From: Balanoglossus misakiensis
Lineage: Eukaryota > Animalia > Hemichordata
Length of the DNA: 64,000 nt
NCBI GenBank assembly: GCA_040954595.2
Contig: CM082580.2
Span: 14,088,389-14,152,388, forward strand
Reading direction: 5' to 3'
Shown: piece after piece, positions 40,101 to 50,699 of the stretch
Numbering within the stretch: position 1 is the first letter of the stretch
Layout: each line of letters begins with the position of its first letter
The notes under the pieces: generated by a model
Database searches by the model: none
Seen by the model: only the letters and a program-made list of their open reading frames with translations
What the model was told of the DNA's origin: nothing
Translations under genes and position numbers: made by a program

Positions 40101-41675
40101 ATCATGGTGTTTTACAAGACCAGGACTTCGGAATGGAATGGAAATATTTTTTATTTTTTCTTACATTTCAATATTTCCAATCTACGTCTTCACACATACC
40201 TTGTACATTGTCCTTGGCAATGACTGCAAATATATATCGTTCTCGAATCTGAGCTGGGTCTTCATAGGGCTCTCTGTCAAGATTCTTGATTGTTCTAACT
40301 ATTCCATCAGTGCTATCAACTGAGAAGAAGCTGCTGTCTGGATATTGTGGCAGGCGGACAACATCATACCTGGGTTAAAAAGATGCAGGGATATTCGTGA
40401 TTGTCTATTCATAATAATTGTTTGCTTGTAGGTCTTTTGAAACTTGTATTGTTTGGTCTATATCTGTTGTGAGTGTTGAGATACTGGTTACATCTTATGG
40501 ACCAGAATTCATTTTTTTAAACAACGTCACATCATCTTCCTCATCTGCACAAAACTTGCTCAAACATGTCTGAGTAATGCCAATGAAAACATTGGTATAA
40601 TTGACAAAAAGGCCAAATTTATAAATGCTGTATAATGCATATCTTTTCACATTGTATCAAAATCAGTCGACTGGTGGCAGATGGACACTCTGTCACACAC
40701 TGCCATCATGTGTACTCTACATACAGGCACTTGCAAAGCCTTCCATTGATTGTTGGTGAACCACAAACACACACAGTCAAGATTTCAGGCAGTGGACAAA
40801 ACCAATACCAGTATGTGAGACTATTTTATATTACATCACACAATGTAAATATACTCACTCTATTTCACTAAACTGTTGTGACTTGTCCTGATCAGAAGCA
40901 ACAACTTTTTCCAGTGATGTCCCCAGTGGAACATTCTCAGCTTTTGCAGACGGTGAATACTGTGTTTGCTCGAATACTGGTTCATTATCATTTACATCCA
41001 ATATTTTCACCTCCAAAGTTGTCGAGGCTGAATTTTCAGAATCATCAACTTGTATGACGAGATTATACCTTTCAGCATCATTTTCAAAGTCGATATTCTG
41101 TGACAAAAACAACAACAAATATGTGAAGTTTAGAAAATAACAATTACTTAAACCAAATTTGTTAGCCATCAGCAGATCATCAACTCATCTTCTAATCTTT
41201 TCATGAGAAATGAATATTACATGTATACTTTTAAAGCTCTAAGAACAGCTCCCTTTGCTATATGTGAAGAAGAAGATCATATAAGAAAACCATGGATGAA
41301 TAAAGCCATGTACATAGCATCCATACCTTGAACACTTTGATTATGGCTTGACCACTACTGGGGTTCTTTTCAATGTAGAATTTATCATCTGCATTTCCAG
41401 CAATGATAGAGTATTGATTCTCGCCCCCTTCATCTCTGTCGTCTGCTTTCACTTTGTAGACAGAGGAACCCACACGTGCGTTTTCAGACACTTCAGTATA
41501 GTGATAGTCATGTAAAAATGTTGGTGGGTTGTCATTCACATCCGTTACATGGATGGTTGCAGTTGCAGTCCCTTTAATACAAATATAAAAATTCATTAAC
41601 ACACTCAGTAATGTACCGGTAGGTATAGCTGGACACCTGTTAAAATTGGTGTAACAGACAGTAAGACAGACAGAC

Positions 41676-41717
<42 letters not shown>

Positions 41718-44700
41718 AAGAAAGAAAGAAAGTGATAGGCATGTTGGAGAACACACCATGATCCCATCTAAAAGCACAAAAAGCATAATAGTGACTATGA
41801 TTTCCTTACCACTTAATCCAGGACCATCCACAGCTGTGACAACTATTTCGTAGGTAGGATAAGTTTCCCTGTCAAGATTTCCCACTTGAGTTGTAATCAC
41901 TGCACTCTGAGAATTGATTTGGAAAATGTCCTGCGAATTCTCGTTCTTTGCATTCCGCGAAATGAAATATGTAAGGACGGCATTATTGCCTACATTCAGG
42001 TCATCTTGGTCTCGTGCCTCCATCGTCATCACAGTTACACCTACAAAATGAAAATTTATCCATTTTGTTCGTCTGATTCAGCAGTATGAACTAGACTACA
42101 ATTTGCTCATATCTCCATGCCCCGGGCCAAGTTACACAAAGTGTCATGTATCTGAATATACCACTAACTGAAATGTGTGGTCAAGTGGTTGGATTGTTAT
42201 AATTTGGTGTAGACATGAACCAGTAGTTACAGCCATTCTGGTGGGCAATGTGAGTTTCAAAACATTTCTGTTGCCGTAATCTGTTGCATGACAGATAAAA
42301 ATATTTCTATCAAAATCAGAGGTAGAATAAATGGCAAAAAAATTGACAAGAAAGACGAATTCGAACTGTTTGATTTACACATGACAACTTTACTTACCAG
42401 CGTTACCATTTTCAACTACATAACCATTGTAATTGGTTTCTACATATTCAGGGGCATTGTCATTGACATCTCTGACTTTGATAAGAACATCCACATTGGA
42501 GGAGCCATCAGAATTCGTCGCACGGACTTTGAATCTACGTAGCGGTCCTTCTTCACGGTCTAAATGTCGTTTATTTGTCAGGATTCCAGACGTCAGACCA
42601 ATATCAAAATCTTGTCGAGGTGCGTCCTCTACAATATTGTACTGGACATTGGATCCAGTGGCTTGAATCTGAATGGTCATCGTGTGGAAAGAAAACAATG
42701 TTTCATACATTCTGTGGAAATGTTGACATAAAGAAAGTGCCATATGCATCTATACTTAGGTCTTTCTGTATAGGCTAACATTGCAAGGATTTTAAAGAAA
42801 CCTGAAAGCAATGGTGTGTCCCTGTATTTCCTCAACTTACAGTTAATATTTCTTGCGCAGTAAAAGGTGGCACTGGTGAAGCTAAACCATTCACTTCCAA
42901 AACTTCTCCCTCATAACTTGTTTGCTCAAAGACAGGCGCTGCACGACGGACACGAGACTTAACCAATGCCACTGGTTTAGGTTTGTCGGCTTTTGATGGA
43001 TTGATGGTGACAAGAATCTTCTGTTGTTCTGGAATTCCTGTAATGATTGATTAATCATTATGAGTAAGCTATCAAACAAATACTTTCTTGCACGATATTT
43101 TTTTTTACTAATTGACATTTCTGTCGCAGTATATTTACCACACTAATCTTATTGTATAATAAATTTTGTGGATGGATAACCAGCCTGGCAGAAAATACAC
43201 GCAAAGAAACAACACATGTCTAATGTGCCACCATTGATATCAAGAAAATTCACAAAAACGTCAACTTGTTCTAATTATAATTTTCCCTGTCAAAATATAA
43301 TTGTGAAGTGATACATTTCACTTCCTTATATATTCACATGTCTTCGAGTATTTTAAGTGGTTCTGTCAGAAAAAAATCATACAAATCATGCAAAATAAAT
43401 TGTGTTACATATCATTGTATTCTAAGTAGTGGTTTCATGATAAAAATGTCAAAAATGGACATGAGCTATGACAAATAGTTTATCCAACCCACACAAATAT
43501 TTGTGGCGCATTCTGGCTCTCTCCCAAACAAACGTCATATCCATATATGGCGTCTGCATATACCTAAACAGATGGACAAATTACGTCATTTGTGTAAAAT
43601 ATTATAATGTGTTGCCCAGAAATTTTTTATGGCTATGTCAACATAAGAAACTAAGAAAAAGTAAAATCTTGCGAGACTTGGAAGGATGTGACATCATCTT
43701 GAACTGAAGACATTGGGTGTAAAAAGCATTTAAAAAGGAGGGTTTGTTGGTGTGTTATCTTTTTCACCAAGACACGTTTGCTGTATTTTTCTAAGCCCGA
43801 GTATAAGACAAACTTATGTTGTTAAATATAGGCAGAATCGCCCTAACTTTGATACGTACACTTGTACACTGTCATGACATATACTGCTTTGTCCTGATGA
43901 GGACATATCTCCAAGGGTTTTCTGCTTAGCAACAAAGGTATTTTGTTGGCTGTCCTTAGATCAACTGAGGTACACACTGACCTCAACGCACTGAGCAAAC
44001 ATTGTGAGTAATATCCAAAATACAAACATAACCTGAGCCAACAGCAAAAACAACCTGTTAAACAATTTCATCTGTGTGAAACACAAATGCGGATATCCTC
44101 TGGTTTGTGGTCTGTGTCGATTTCCCTTCACTGTTTAAAGCAAATTTGGAAATGTAGTCTTAACAGGGACAAGGACAATAACGTTTGTTGTCATTTGATC
44201 ATTTTTTGGAGATAAGATATTACATGTAAATAGGTTAAGGAACTGTTTGTACCATAAAGTGTGTCTGCACATAGGTGTAACATGTAAAGTGATCTGCCCA
44301 CAACAGTCACTGACCGTGAGATGACTGTTTGTGTTTGCCAAAATCTCACTGAAATTTCCACATGTTGAGAATAGAGGCAAGACATGACCTCAAGTGAATA
44401 GCAGTATTCAGTACACATAAAAATTCTCATATATGACACATAAACAATCACCCTGCTGTGTCAACACATTAACTGTTGGTACATATCCGTTTGACTTTCA
44501 CAGCAACTCACGATTTGTTTAACCATGGTCACTCCTAACAGGACGGAGGAGTGACCGGGATTTACCTGAAGTTGTGTACATACTGTCTCAAAAATTTTGT
44601 GGAATGCAAAGGTGATATATATTTCAAAATCTGATGGCAATTTAGTCATGTCTTCCTGTCTTGTCACGGGAAATTCAGAAATCAACTCAGACACAACGCA

Positions 44701-45554
44701 AATGTTAGCTGTGATCTCACATCAGCCGTCGGCACTCCTTGCTACTCGAAGGGCAGAAAAGAAAGCAGATGTTTACACACAGGTGCTTACCACCCACACT
44801 GGTTCAGTGGTAGGTTAACAGCCTGCCAACAATGTTATATGGCCCTTCATCTGAAACTGTTTTTGTTTTCATTACCTTAAATATCATGCAAATTCCAGGT
44901 TTATATCACAAACACTGAAAGAGTAATATGGGATAAACTCTGCCTACCTTTGGATTGTATATTGGTAATTTCAACATAGATTTCTTCAATGGGATGCTCA
45001 GCTCTGTTCAGCCGTCCACTCAATATAATTTCTCCCGTGAAGTACTGGACATGAAATCTGGGATTCAAAGGGTTGGTCATCACATAGCGATATGCTGAAG
45101 GATTAGGTGCAGTGGCTTTGATAGTAGTGATGATGGTTCCTTGTGGTGTGTCTTCTCCCAAACTCACTTTGGTGGCTCCATCATACCTGTCCAATTCAAA
45201 GTTTAACTTTGTCGTACCACTGTCACTGCCGTCAGAGATGTAAATATTGAAGGAATCCTTCCAAGAGTCATTATCAAGGAACTGTTCCACAACCACAGAA
45301 AACATTCTGTCGGCATAGTCACTTAACCCTTCTATCGATCTGATGACACCATCCTCTGTTATATCAAACAAATTGGCAGCTTCTGCATCACTGTCCTCGT
45401 GTAAGCTGTACGCTTGTCCGACGTGATTAAGCCTTGTGATTTCAGATCCAGGCATCGTATGGCACGGAATTTTGAAATGAGAGAACGGCACGGCAACTGT
45501 GGACATTTGCTGTAGACTGACTAGGGTCAGTGCGTATATGACGAACGACGCCAT
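33333..45554 (-). CDS. Classical cadherin, non-chordate type (neural-cadherin/DN-cadherin-like), paralog A; complete 21-exon gene, ~1734 aa
   Basis: Manual GT-AG splicing gives one frame of 5205 nt. Domains: signal peptide, EC-like pro-region, RVRR, six ECs (DRE, DxNDNxP), NC domain (SAHGSPYY), EGF/LamG x2/[13 protein letters not shown] and PPYD...GSLSSL...FKKLADMY tail. Confidence 0.95.
33749..34012 (-). CDS. Cadherin A exon 20 (TM end, p120-binding juxtamembrane)
   Basis: [11 protein letters not shown]...DLREN...[10 protein letters not shown]. Confidence 0.95.
34127..34176. repeat. (AATC)n microsatellite, intron 19 of cadherin A
   Basis: Direct reading. Confidence 0.97.
34251..34378 (-). 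CDS. Cadherin A exon 19 (EGF end, TM start)
   Basis: [12 protein letters not shown]...[18 protein letters not shown]. Confidence 0.92.
34560..34734 (-). CDS. Cadherin A exon 18 (LamG2 end, EGF)
   Basis: GCAKDARI...NVKEGCDIC...YFYC. Confidence 0.92.
35015..35297 (-). CDS. Cadherin A exon 17 (LamG2)
   Basis: YNLGD...INDGNYH...LEIDGGGG. Confidence 0.93.
35442..35617 (-). CDS. Cadherin A exon 16 (LamG2)
   Basis: [10 protein letters not shown]...GREYITLK. Confidence 0.9.
35798..36114 (-). CDS. Cadherin A exon 15 (LamG1 end, EGF)
   Basis: [12 protein letters not shown]...FQGCIRN...[12 protein letters not shown]. Confidence 0.93.
36541..36656 (-). CDS. Cadherin A exon 14 (LamG1)
   Basis: SVEFIIDNC...NCKV; 116 nt as in paralog B. 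Confidence 0.87.
36904..37249 (-). CDS. Cadherin A exon 13 (EGF end, LamG1)
   Basis: NGILLYNGP...DYIAIEL...LNDEKWH. Confidence 0.93.
37478..37743 (-). CDS. Cadherin A exon 12 (Cys-rich/EGF)
   Basis: [16 protein letters not shown]...[12 protein letters not shown]. Confidence 0.93.
38117..38512 (-). CDS. Cadherin A exon 11 (end of last EC plus NC domain)
   Basis: [14 protein letters not shown]...DIFSV...[12 protein letters not shown]. Confidence 0.93.
38856..38962 (-). CDS. Cadherin A exon 10 (last EC)
   Basis: [16 protein letters not shown]...PQFS; same length as paralog exon. Confidence 0.88.
39241..39423 (-). CDS. Cadherin A exon 9 (EC)
   Basis: FDRE...IGDKNDNPP. Confidence 0.9.
39739..39984 (-). 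CDS. Cadherin A exon 8 (EC)
   Basis: [20 protein letters not shown]...IDRD. Confidence 0.92.
40200..40369 (-). CDS. Cadherin A exon 7 (EC); not in ORF track
   Basis: [37 protein letters not shown]...AKDNVQ; phases 2/1 fit neighbours. Confidence 0.9.
40859..41097 (-). CDS. Cadherin A exon 6 (EC)
   Basis: IDFE...LDVNDNEP...ASDQD. Confidence 0.92.
41327..41571 (-). CDS. Cadherin A exon 5 (EC)
   Basis: [14 protein letters not shown]...ADDRDEG. Confidence 0.92.
41664..41732. repeat. (GACA)n-(GAAA)n compound microsatellite, intron 4 of cadherin A
   Basis: Direct reading. Confidence 0.95.
41810..42040 (-). CDS. Cadherin A exon 4 (EC)
   Basis: ARDQDD...LDRETYP; canonical splice sites. Confidence 0.92.
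42398..42668 (-). CDS. Cadherin A exon 3 (EC)
   Basis: LDREE...DVNDNAP; canonical splice sites. Confidence 0.92.
42841..43037 (-). CDS. Cadherin A exon 2: furin site and start of first mature EC
   Basis: [13 protein letters not shown]...[20 protein letters not shown]; CAG acceptor, GTAAGT donor. Confidence 0.9.
44948..45554 (-). CDS. Cadherin A exon 1: signal peptide and degenerate EC-like pro-region
   Basis: [19 protein letters not shown]...; donor AAAG|GTAGGC, phase 1 compatible with exon 2. Confidence 0.85.
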
Positions 45555-46286
45555 TTTCTCTCAACCACACTTTGGTTCTCAACCACTCACCTAATATCAC
45601 TTCTCGATTCACAGCTTCCAATACGGTAATAAAATCCCCAATCAAGTATTTTGAACAGCCAACACAACTCAAAGAGGTTTTGACCAATGCTTATGAGTGA
45701 TCAAGACAGGCTAGAATCTGCTGATTTGAATAGCAGACACGCTATGACTAGCTATTCTGAAGGTAGTGCTAAAATTATTGACAAAGGTGATTTATGGCAT
45801 TTATGGGAGTGTTGAAAGTCAAACTTTTATTGACATAGTTGAGGATATGACATCAGCCCGACCCTCAGTTTTGCTGTTTGCTTAAACACACACTAAGACA
45901 ACCACATGACATATATGGCCATGCAAAGAAAACCAAGAGTATATTTCCTCACCTGTTCCATCGACAGACAGTTCAGATTATTTGTGACTGCACTACAGCA
46001 ACCTTGTCATCTTGTAAGCTTGTCTTCACTCTCAGCGGGAACCGACCGTTGTGGGTTATCATCTTCACAACAGGACACAGTTATTTTGGTAAGTTGAAAT
46101 AATGTAAACTGGTCCAAAGATACAACATCATAGAGAATTGATGAGACATATCATTATTACATTCAATATTGTGTTTACCAAGATTGTCTTCTTTTGTTTA
46201 TGAAAAAACATGAAATGTGTATCACTGTTTATATTGCCATGAGCCTTGCTGTGCACGACTAGTGATGGAACATCTTTCCAATTGTG

Positions 46287-46298
46287 CATCATCATCAT

Positions 46299-46380
<82 letters not shown>
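46287..46380. repeat. (CAT)n microsatellite, ~31 units, upstream of cadherin A
   Basis: Direct reading; explains poly-His and poly-Ser ORFs. Confidence 0.97.
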
Positions 46381-49300
46381 CTACCACCACTACAGAAATC
46401 TAAAGGCCCTTGTCTAATTAATACTTTCTACTATGTTCATTGCATGTATTAGAATAGAGAGCTGGTTTTCACAGACCACTAGGTCTATGAGTGAATTTTT
46501 CTCATGGTGCGTCAGGTCATTAAACGGACGCCGACAGCAACCACAGGTAGTATTAATCACAGGGTTAACTGTCGCTTTAGTTGACTATGCTAACATTACA
46601 CAGCATTTGTGGGTCCAAAGTCTACGCCAACCCAGCAAACACTGAAAGCCAAGCGGACACACCTAAGTCCAGACACCTAGCAAAACAAACACATCCTGGA
46701 ATTTGTCACTGACACAAAAGCAATAAACTATATTTTATACTGCTACCAAGATTTAAATATTTAATCACGTTTATGGTATGTGGGCCAACATTCTCTGTGT
46801 ATTATGTTCTAAAATTTCAAGTTTTGACTGTGCTAATGAGCGCCTTGGCTTTCTTTATTATTTTGGACTCAACTAGTGACATACAATATCATGACACACA
46901 GAGAGCTGTTTTTTCAAAGGACAAGGCCTTGGCTTCCCAAAGGCATTCTGTGGCCTTAAGAAGAAGTTGAAAATTCAATAATGACGACCATTTGACCTTT
47001 GACATCATAGAGGTGCCATAAATGATATTTTCCTGAAATTGACAAAAGTGTCTATTAATTATCAGACAGGGATTTTCACTTGCTGCATGTTTCAACTCGT
47101 ATTGTTTGTTAATTCAGGTGTTACCAACTGACTCCCTGTTTGCCTGATCTTCTTGCAACATATTCATACAAAAAGTGGTTCCCAATCCCCATGTAATTTT
47201 ATGACAAAGAGAAAAAAATGTCACACATTTTCTCTAAAATGTAAATTGCTTTGTCAGATTAATGTGAAACCACAAGCAATGCCATCAGTTTATAAGAGGA
47301 GGGCTAAACAAATTCAGGTCAAATTTGGGCAAAAACAATGTCTGGGCCTTCAAACAAAACATTTGTTTGTAATGCATTGTTTACTTGTTTCTCAGTTCTT
47401 TTTTTTATACTGAAGCATTCTGAATCATTTCTGATGTAATAATAAAGCGCCATCAAACAACAGCAATTTTGTTTCTTTACCATAAACAAAATCAAATTAA
47501 GGGATACAAATTAACTGCTGAGGGCGCTCGCCCATTTTACATTATCGGGCGCTTTTTTCCACTTTCTTGACTCCCCTATAAAATTGCACAAGTTCTTACA
47601 CAAAGACAGTAGCGAAGAATTCAACACATACATTTGTTTGTTGGCAAGATTCCACATAGTATCCTGCATGTACAAATCTTGTTGTAGTTCCTTTTTATAC
47701 TATTGATTATCATGATTATTGGCTTTGCAAAGTTTTAAAACTATTTTGGTATTATTATAAATCATAGAAAATAAAGAAAAGAAATTTCATTCTTTTTGCT
47801 AGCTTTTGAACAGAACACTCACTGAATTTGCACAAATCAAGAATTGATGCATATTTGTCTTTTTCTAAGTTGTTTGCCTACTTTGTAAGGTCAACCCGCC
47901 CTGTAGTGATGTAGGGTACCCTGGGCAGGTAAATTTTATGTTATGAAATTAGCAAATTCTAGGATTGTAGTCTACATTGATGAGTTGAAACATATATATA
48001 TATCATTTTGCATTCTGTATAATGTCACTGGCCAACAGCACAAGAGGTATGTGTCTTTACTGCTTGTATTCAGATTGAGGCTATCGTATTTAAAACAATA
48101 TGCTTTTGCAATGTCTCCTCCTTCACAATCACATGATCATTACCTAGCAACATGAATCCTTCAGTATCACCTGAATTGTTAGCATGATGTGATATTATTG
48201 GGTTAATGTCGTCAGCCAATCAGGTTCATCGGCTTAAAGGACGAACCTTCCATGTCTGAATCCCCCCCGCCACCCCTCCCCCAATCTTCTAGACACCCCC
48301 CCCCCTCCCCGATATCAAATAGTCCATCCATGGCACCCATCCCATTGTGTACAATGTGTATATGCTAATTCCTTTGAGAATGAACACAGTATTATAAACA
48401 GGTAGTCCTGAGCACATGTCTGTGTGTTCACGGCGTTACACGTGTTAAACACAGACCTGTACGCAGGGTCTCAGAATTACTCACCGGAGATATCGTACGC
48501 TGTGCGCGCAATACAGCCGAATTAATACTCTCCAATGTGCGACTGAATTCTTCATATCCTGATGTCATCGTGGTCATTTCACGCAACTCACTAACACTTC
48601 ACAAAATTGCAAATTTCTCTTAATTTGACGACGGTCGAGCACTCTCCTTGAAATTTAAAACTTATATATTCATGGTCTAATAGCGCCCTCAAAGCTTTTT
48701 TGCAACTAACTTTCGTTTTCATATGTCGGCTGACCACACCGAAAAATACACAATTTCCATGCATGCCATGTGTCCTCACCATCCAAAATAATGAAACCCA
48801 CTTCTCCAAACTTGCTTGTTGGTCATAAAATCCATAATCATACATCTACACAAAATATTTTTTGTTTTTATTTTATTAATTTACTACACTATTCTAGGTT
48901 TCCATAGCAGTCTTGCAAATAAAACTTGAAGCTCGTCTCTTCCTACGATCACCAACCCTGAACTCCATTAAGCAGACGAATTGTATTTTATGTACTGCGA
49001 TAATATCAGCAATATAGTATGCATGATGAGTATGTGGTGTGTTAAAAACAATCAAAACATTGTGATGTATGGGCAAAACAAACAAGTCAAAAATGAAATC
49101 TCCAAAAGAGCAACTGGACTGAACCGTTCTGCTGATAGAGAACAGGGTTGGTCATTGTAGAGGGTCCCTCAATGACCAAACTACACCCCAACATTTTGTA
49201 ACTCAATCTCAAAGCAGCAAAGGGACCACGCCCACATGTGCCAATGGAGGTTGGCCATCTGTAAATTTCTCAGCAGCAATGCAACACTGTAATGGATAAA

Positions 49301-50457
49301 TAAAAACCATGCATTTTATTCCACCAAATCAAGGAAATCAGGAAAAATGTAAAAAATTGATTTTGTATAGCTAGACCTCAAAAATATGACAATCTTTGTG
49401 CGACAATGCTTTATTTTCAAAATTTGTACTAAAACAACTGGAAAAACATTTAATGTGTAATTAATTATGAAACTTTTGCTACCACTACATGCAACTATTA
49501 TTGCTATTTTGAGAGAAGAATTTTGTCAAGCTGTTTGAAATAACAAGATGAGTTCAGTACACAATGTTTGCACACTCCTTTTCCAAGAAAAATTGGATAA
49601 CATTTCTGGGACAATTCAAAACTTACACCATGTCACCGAGGAAAAGAGGAGCCACTTATCAACTTGTACTCTTGACTTTGAAAGATAAAATCCATAGAAA
49701 AGAATCCCATCATTTGAAATAGTGATTGAATGGTGAAAACAACGGCAGTATTCAAATGGGGATACATTAACACATTACAACTACAAACAAGTTTTTTTTA
49801 AGTGGTGGCTTTTTGGCCATTTGGATCATAAAGTGTACATTCTATCAAAAAGTTTATCAATTATTTTAAAAATGACTCAGAAAATTCTTTCTTTATATAT
49901 ATAGTACTTACTACACTGGCTTGCAGCTAGCATAAAGGGAAATATAAAAATAGTAACATTCTTTTTCCAGTCCCTTAAATTTGAAATTGCTAAAATATAC
50001 AAAGAACACTCTTCAATTCCTTTGTGTATTATCGACAAAGAACTCTCTGGGAGACTCAGACCTAATCTTTCGTCTCATCTAATAGTAGCTATATACCTCT
50101 TGACTTTTATCATCAAATTTTGATCACATTTGAATTGTCTTGAACACTAAGCCTCCAAAGTTTTCAAGACTTGTAGCGAGATTTTGATTTCACTGCGGTT
50201 GTACAAATATTTGAAATTGTATTTTCCCAAGAAATTGTAACCTTCCCGCAGTATTAAAAAAATGGGTTGAAGCCAGGGCATTTCCTACCTGCCAACTCTA
50301 TTCTATATACCTCTCATATCATAAAGTTTCTTTTATTCTTAAATTTCAATTTACCTAAAACTTTATTCTTAAATTTTGTACAATCCAGGACATGATTATT
50401 GCCCAAACCAATTGATCTTTTGTTGTCTGGACTAAGATTTATTGTTCATTTCTTTCC

Positions 50458-50699
50458 TTAGTCTTCTTCTCCACCATACATATCGGCAAGTTTCTTGAAG
50501 GGTGGGCCCAGATCTTTCAAGTAGTCAAAGTTCTGGTCGGACTCTCCAGAGCTGCTTGTGTTGAGAGAACTCAAACTTCCAGCTGTGGATCCCTCACCTT
50601 CATGACTGTAAACACGCAGGGTGTCGTATGGTGGTGCGTCAGGGTCATCATCTGCATCGTTTTGTCTCTTGTCCAGGAAGTCACCAATGTCTGGAAGTT
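50458..50699 (-). CDS. Cadherin B exon 21 (beta-catenin-binding domain, stop)
   Basis: [10 protein letters not shown]...[13 protein letters not shown]...[13 protein letters not shown]. Confidence 0.95.

Noticed and set aside
43468-44818. Short ORFs in cadherin A intron 1 and in 60666-63703
   Set aside because: No recognisable domains, biased composition, lengths expected by chance.
46217-46452. Poly-His and poly-Ser ORFs
   Set aside because: Translations of the (CAT)n microsatellite.
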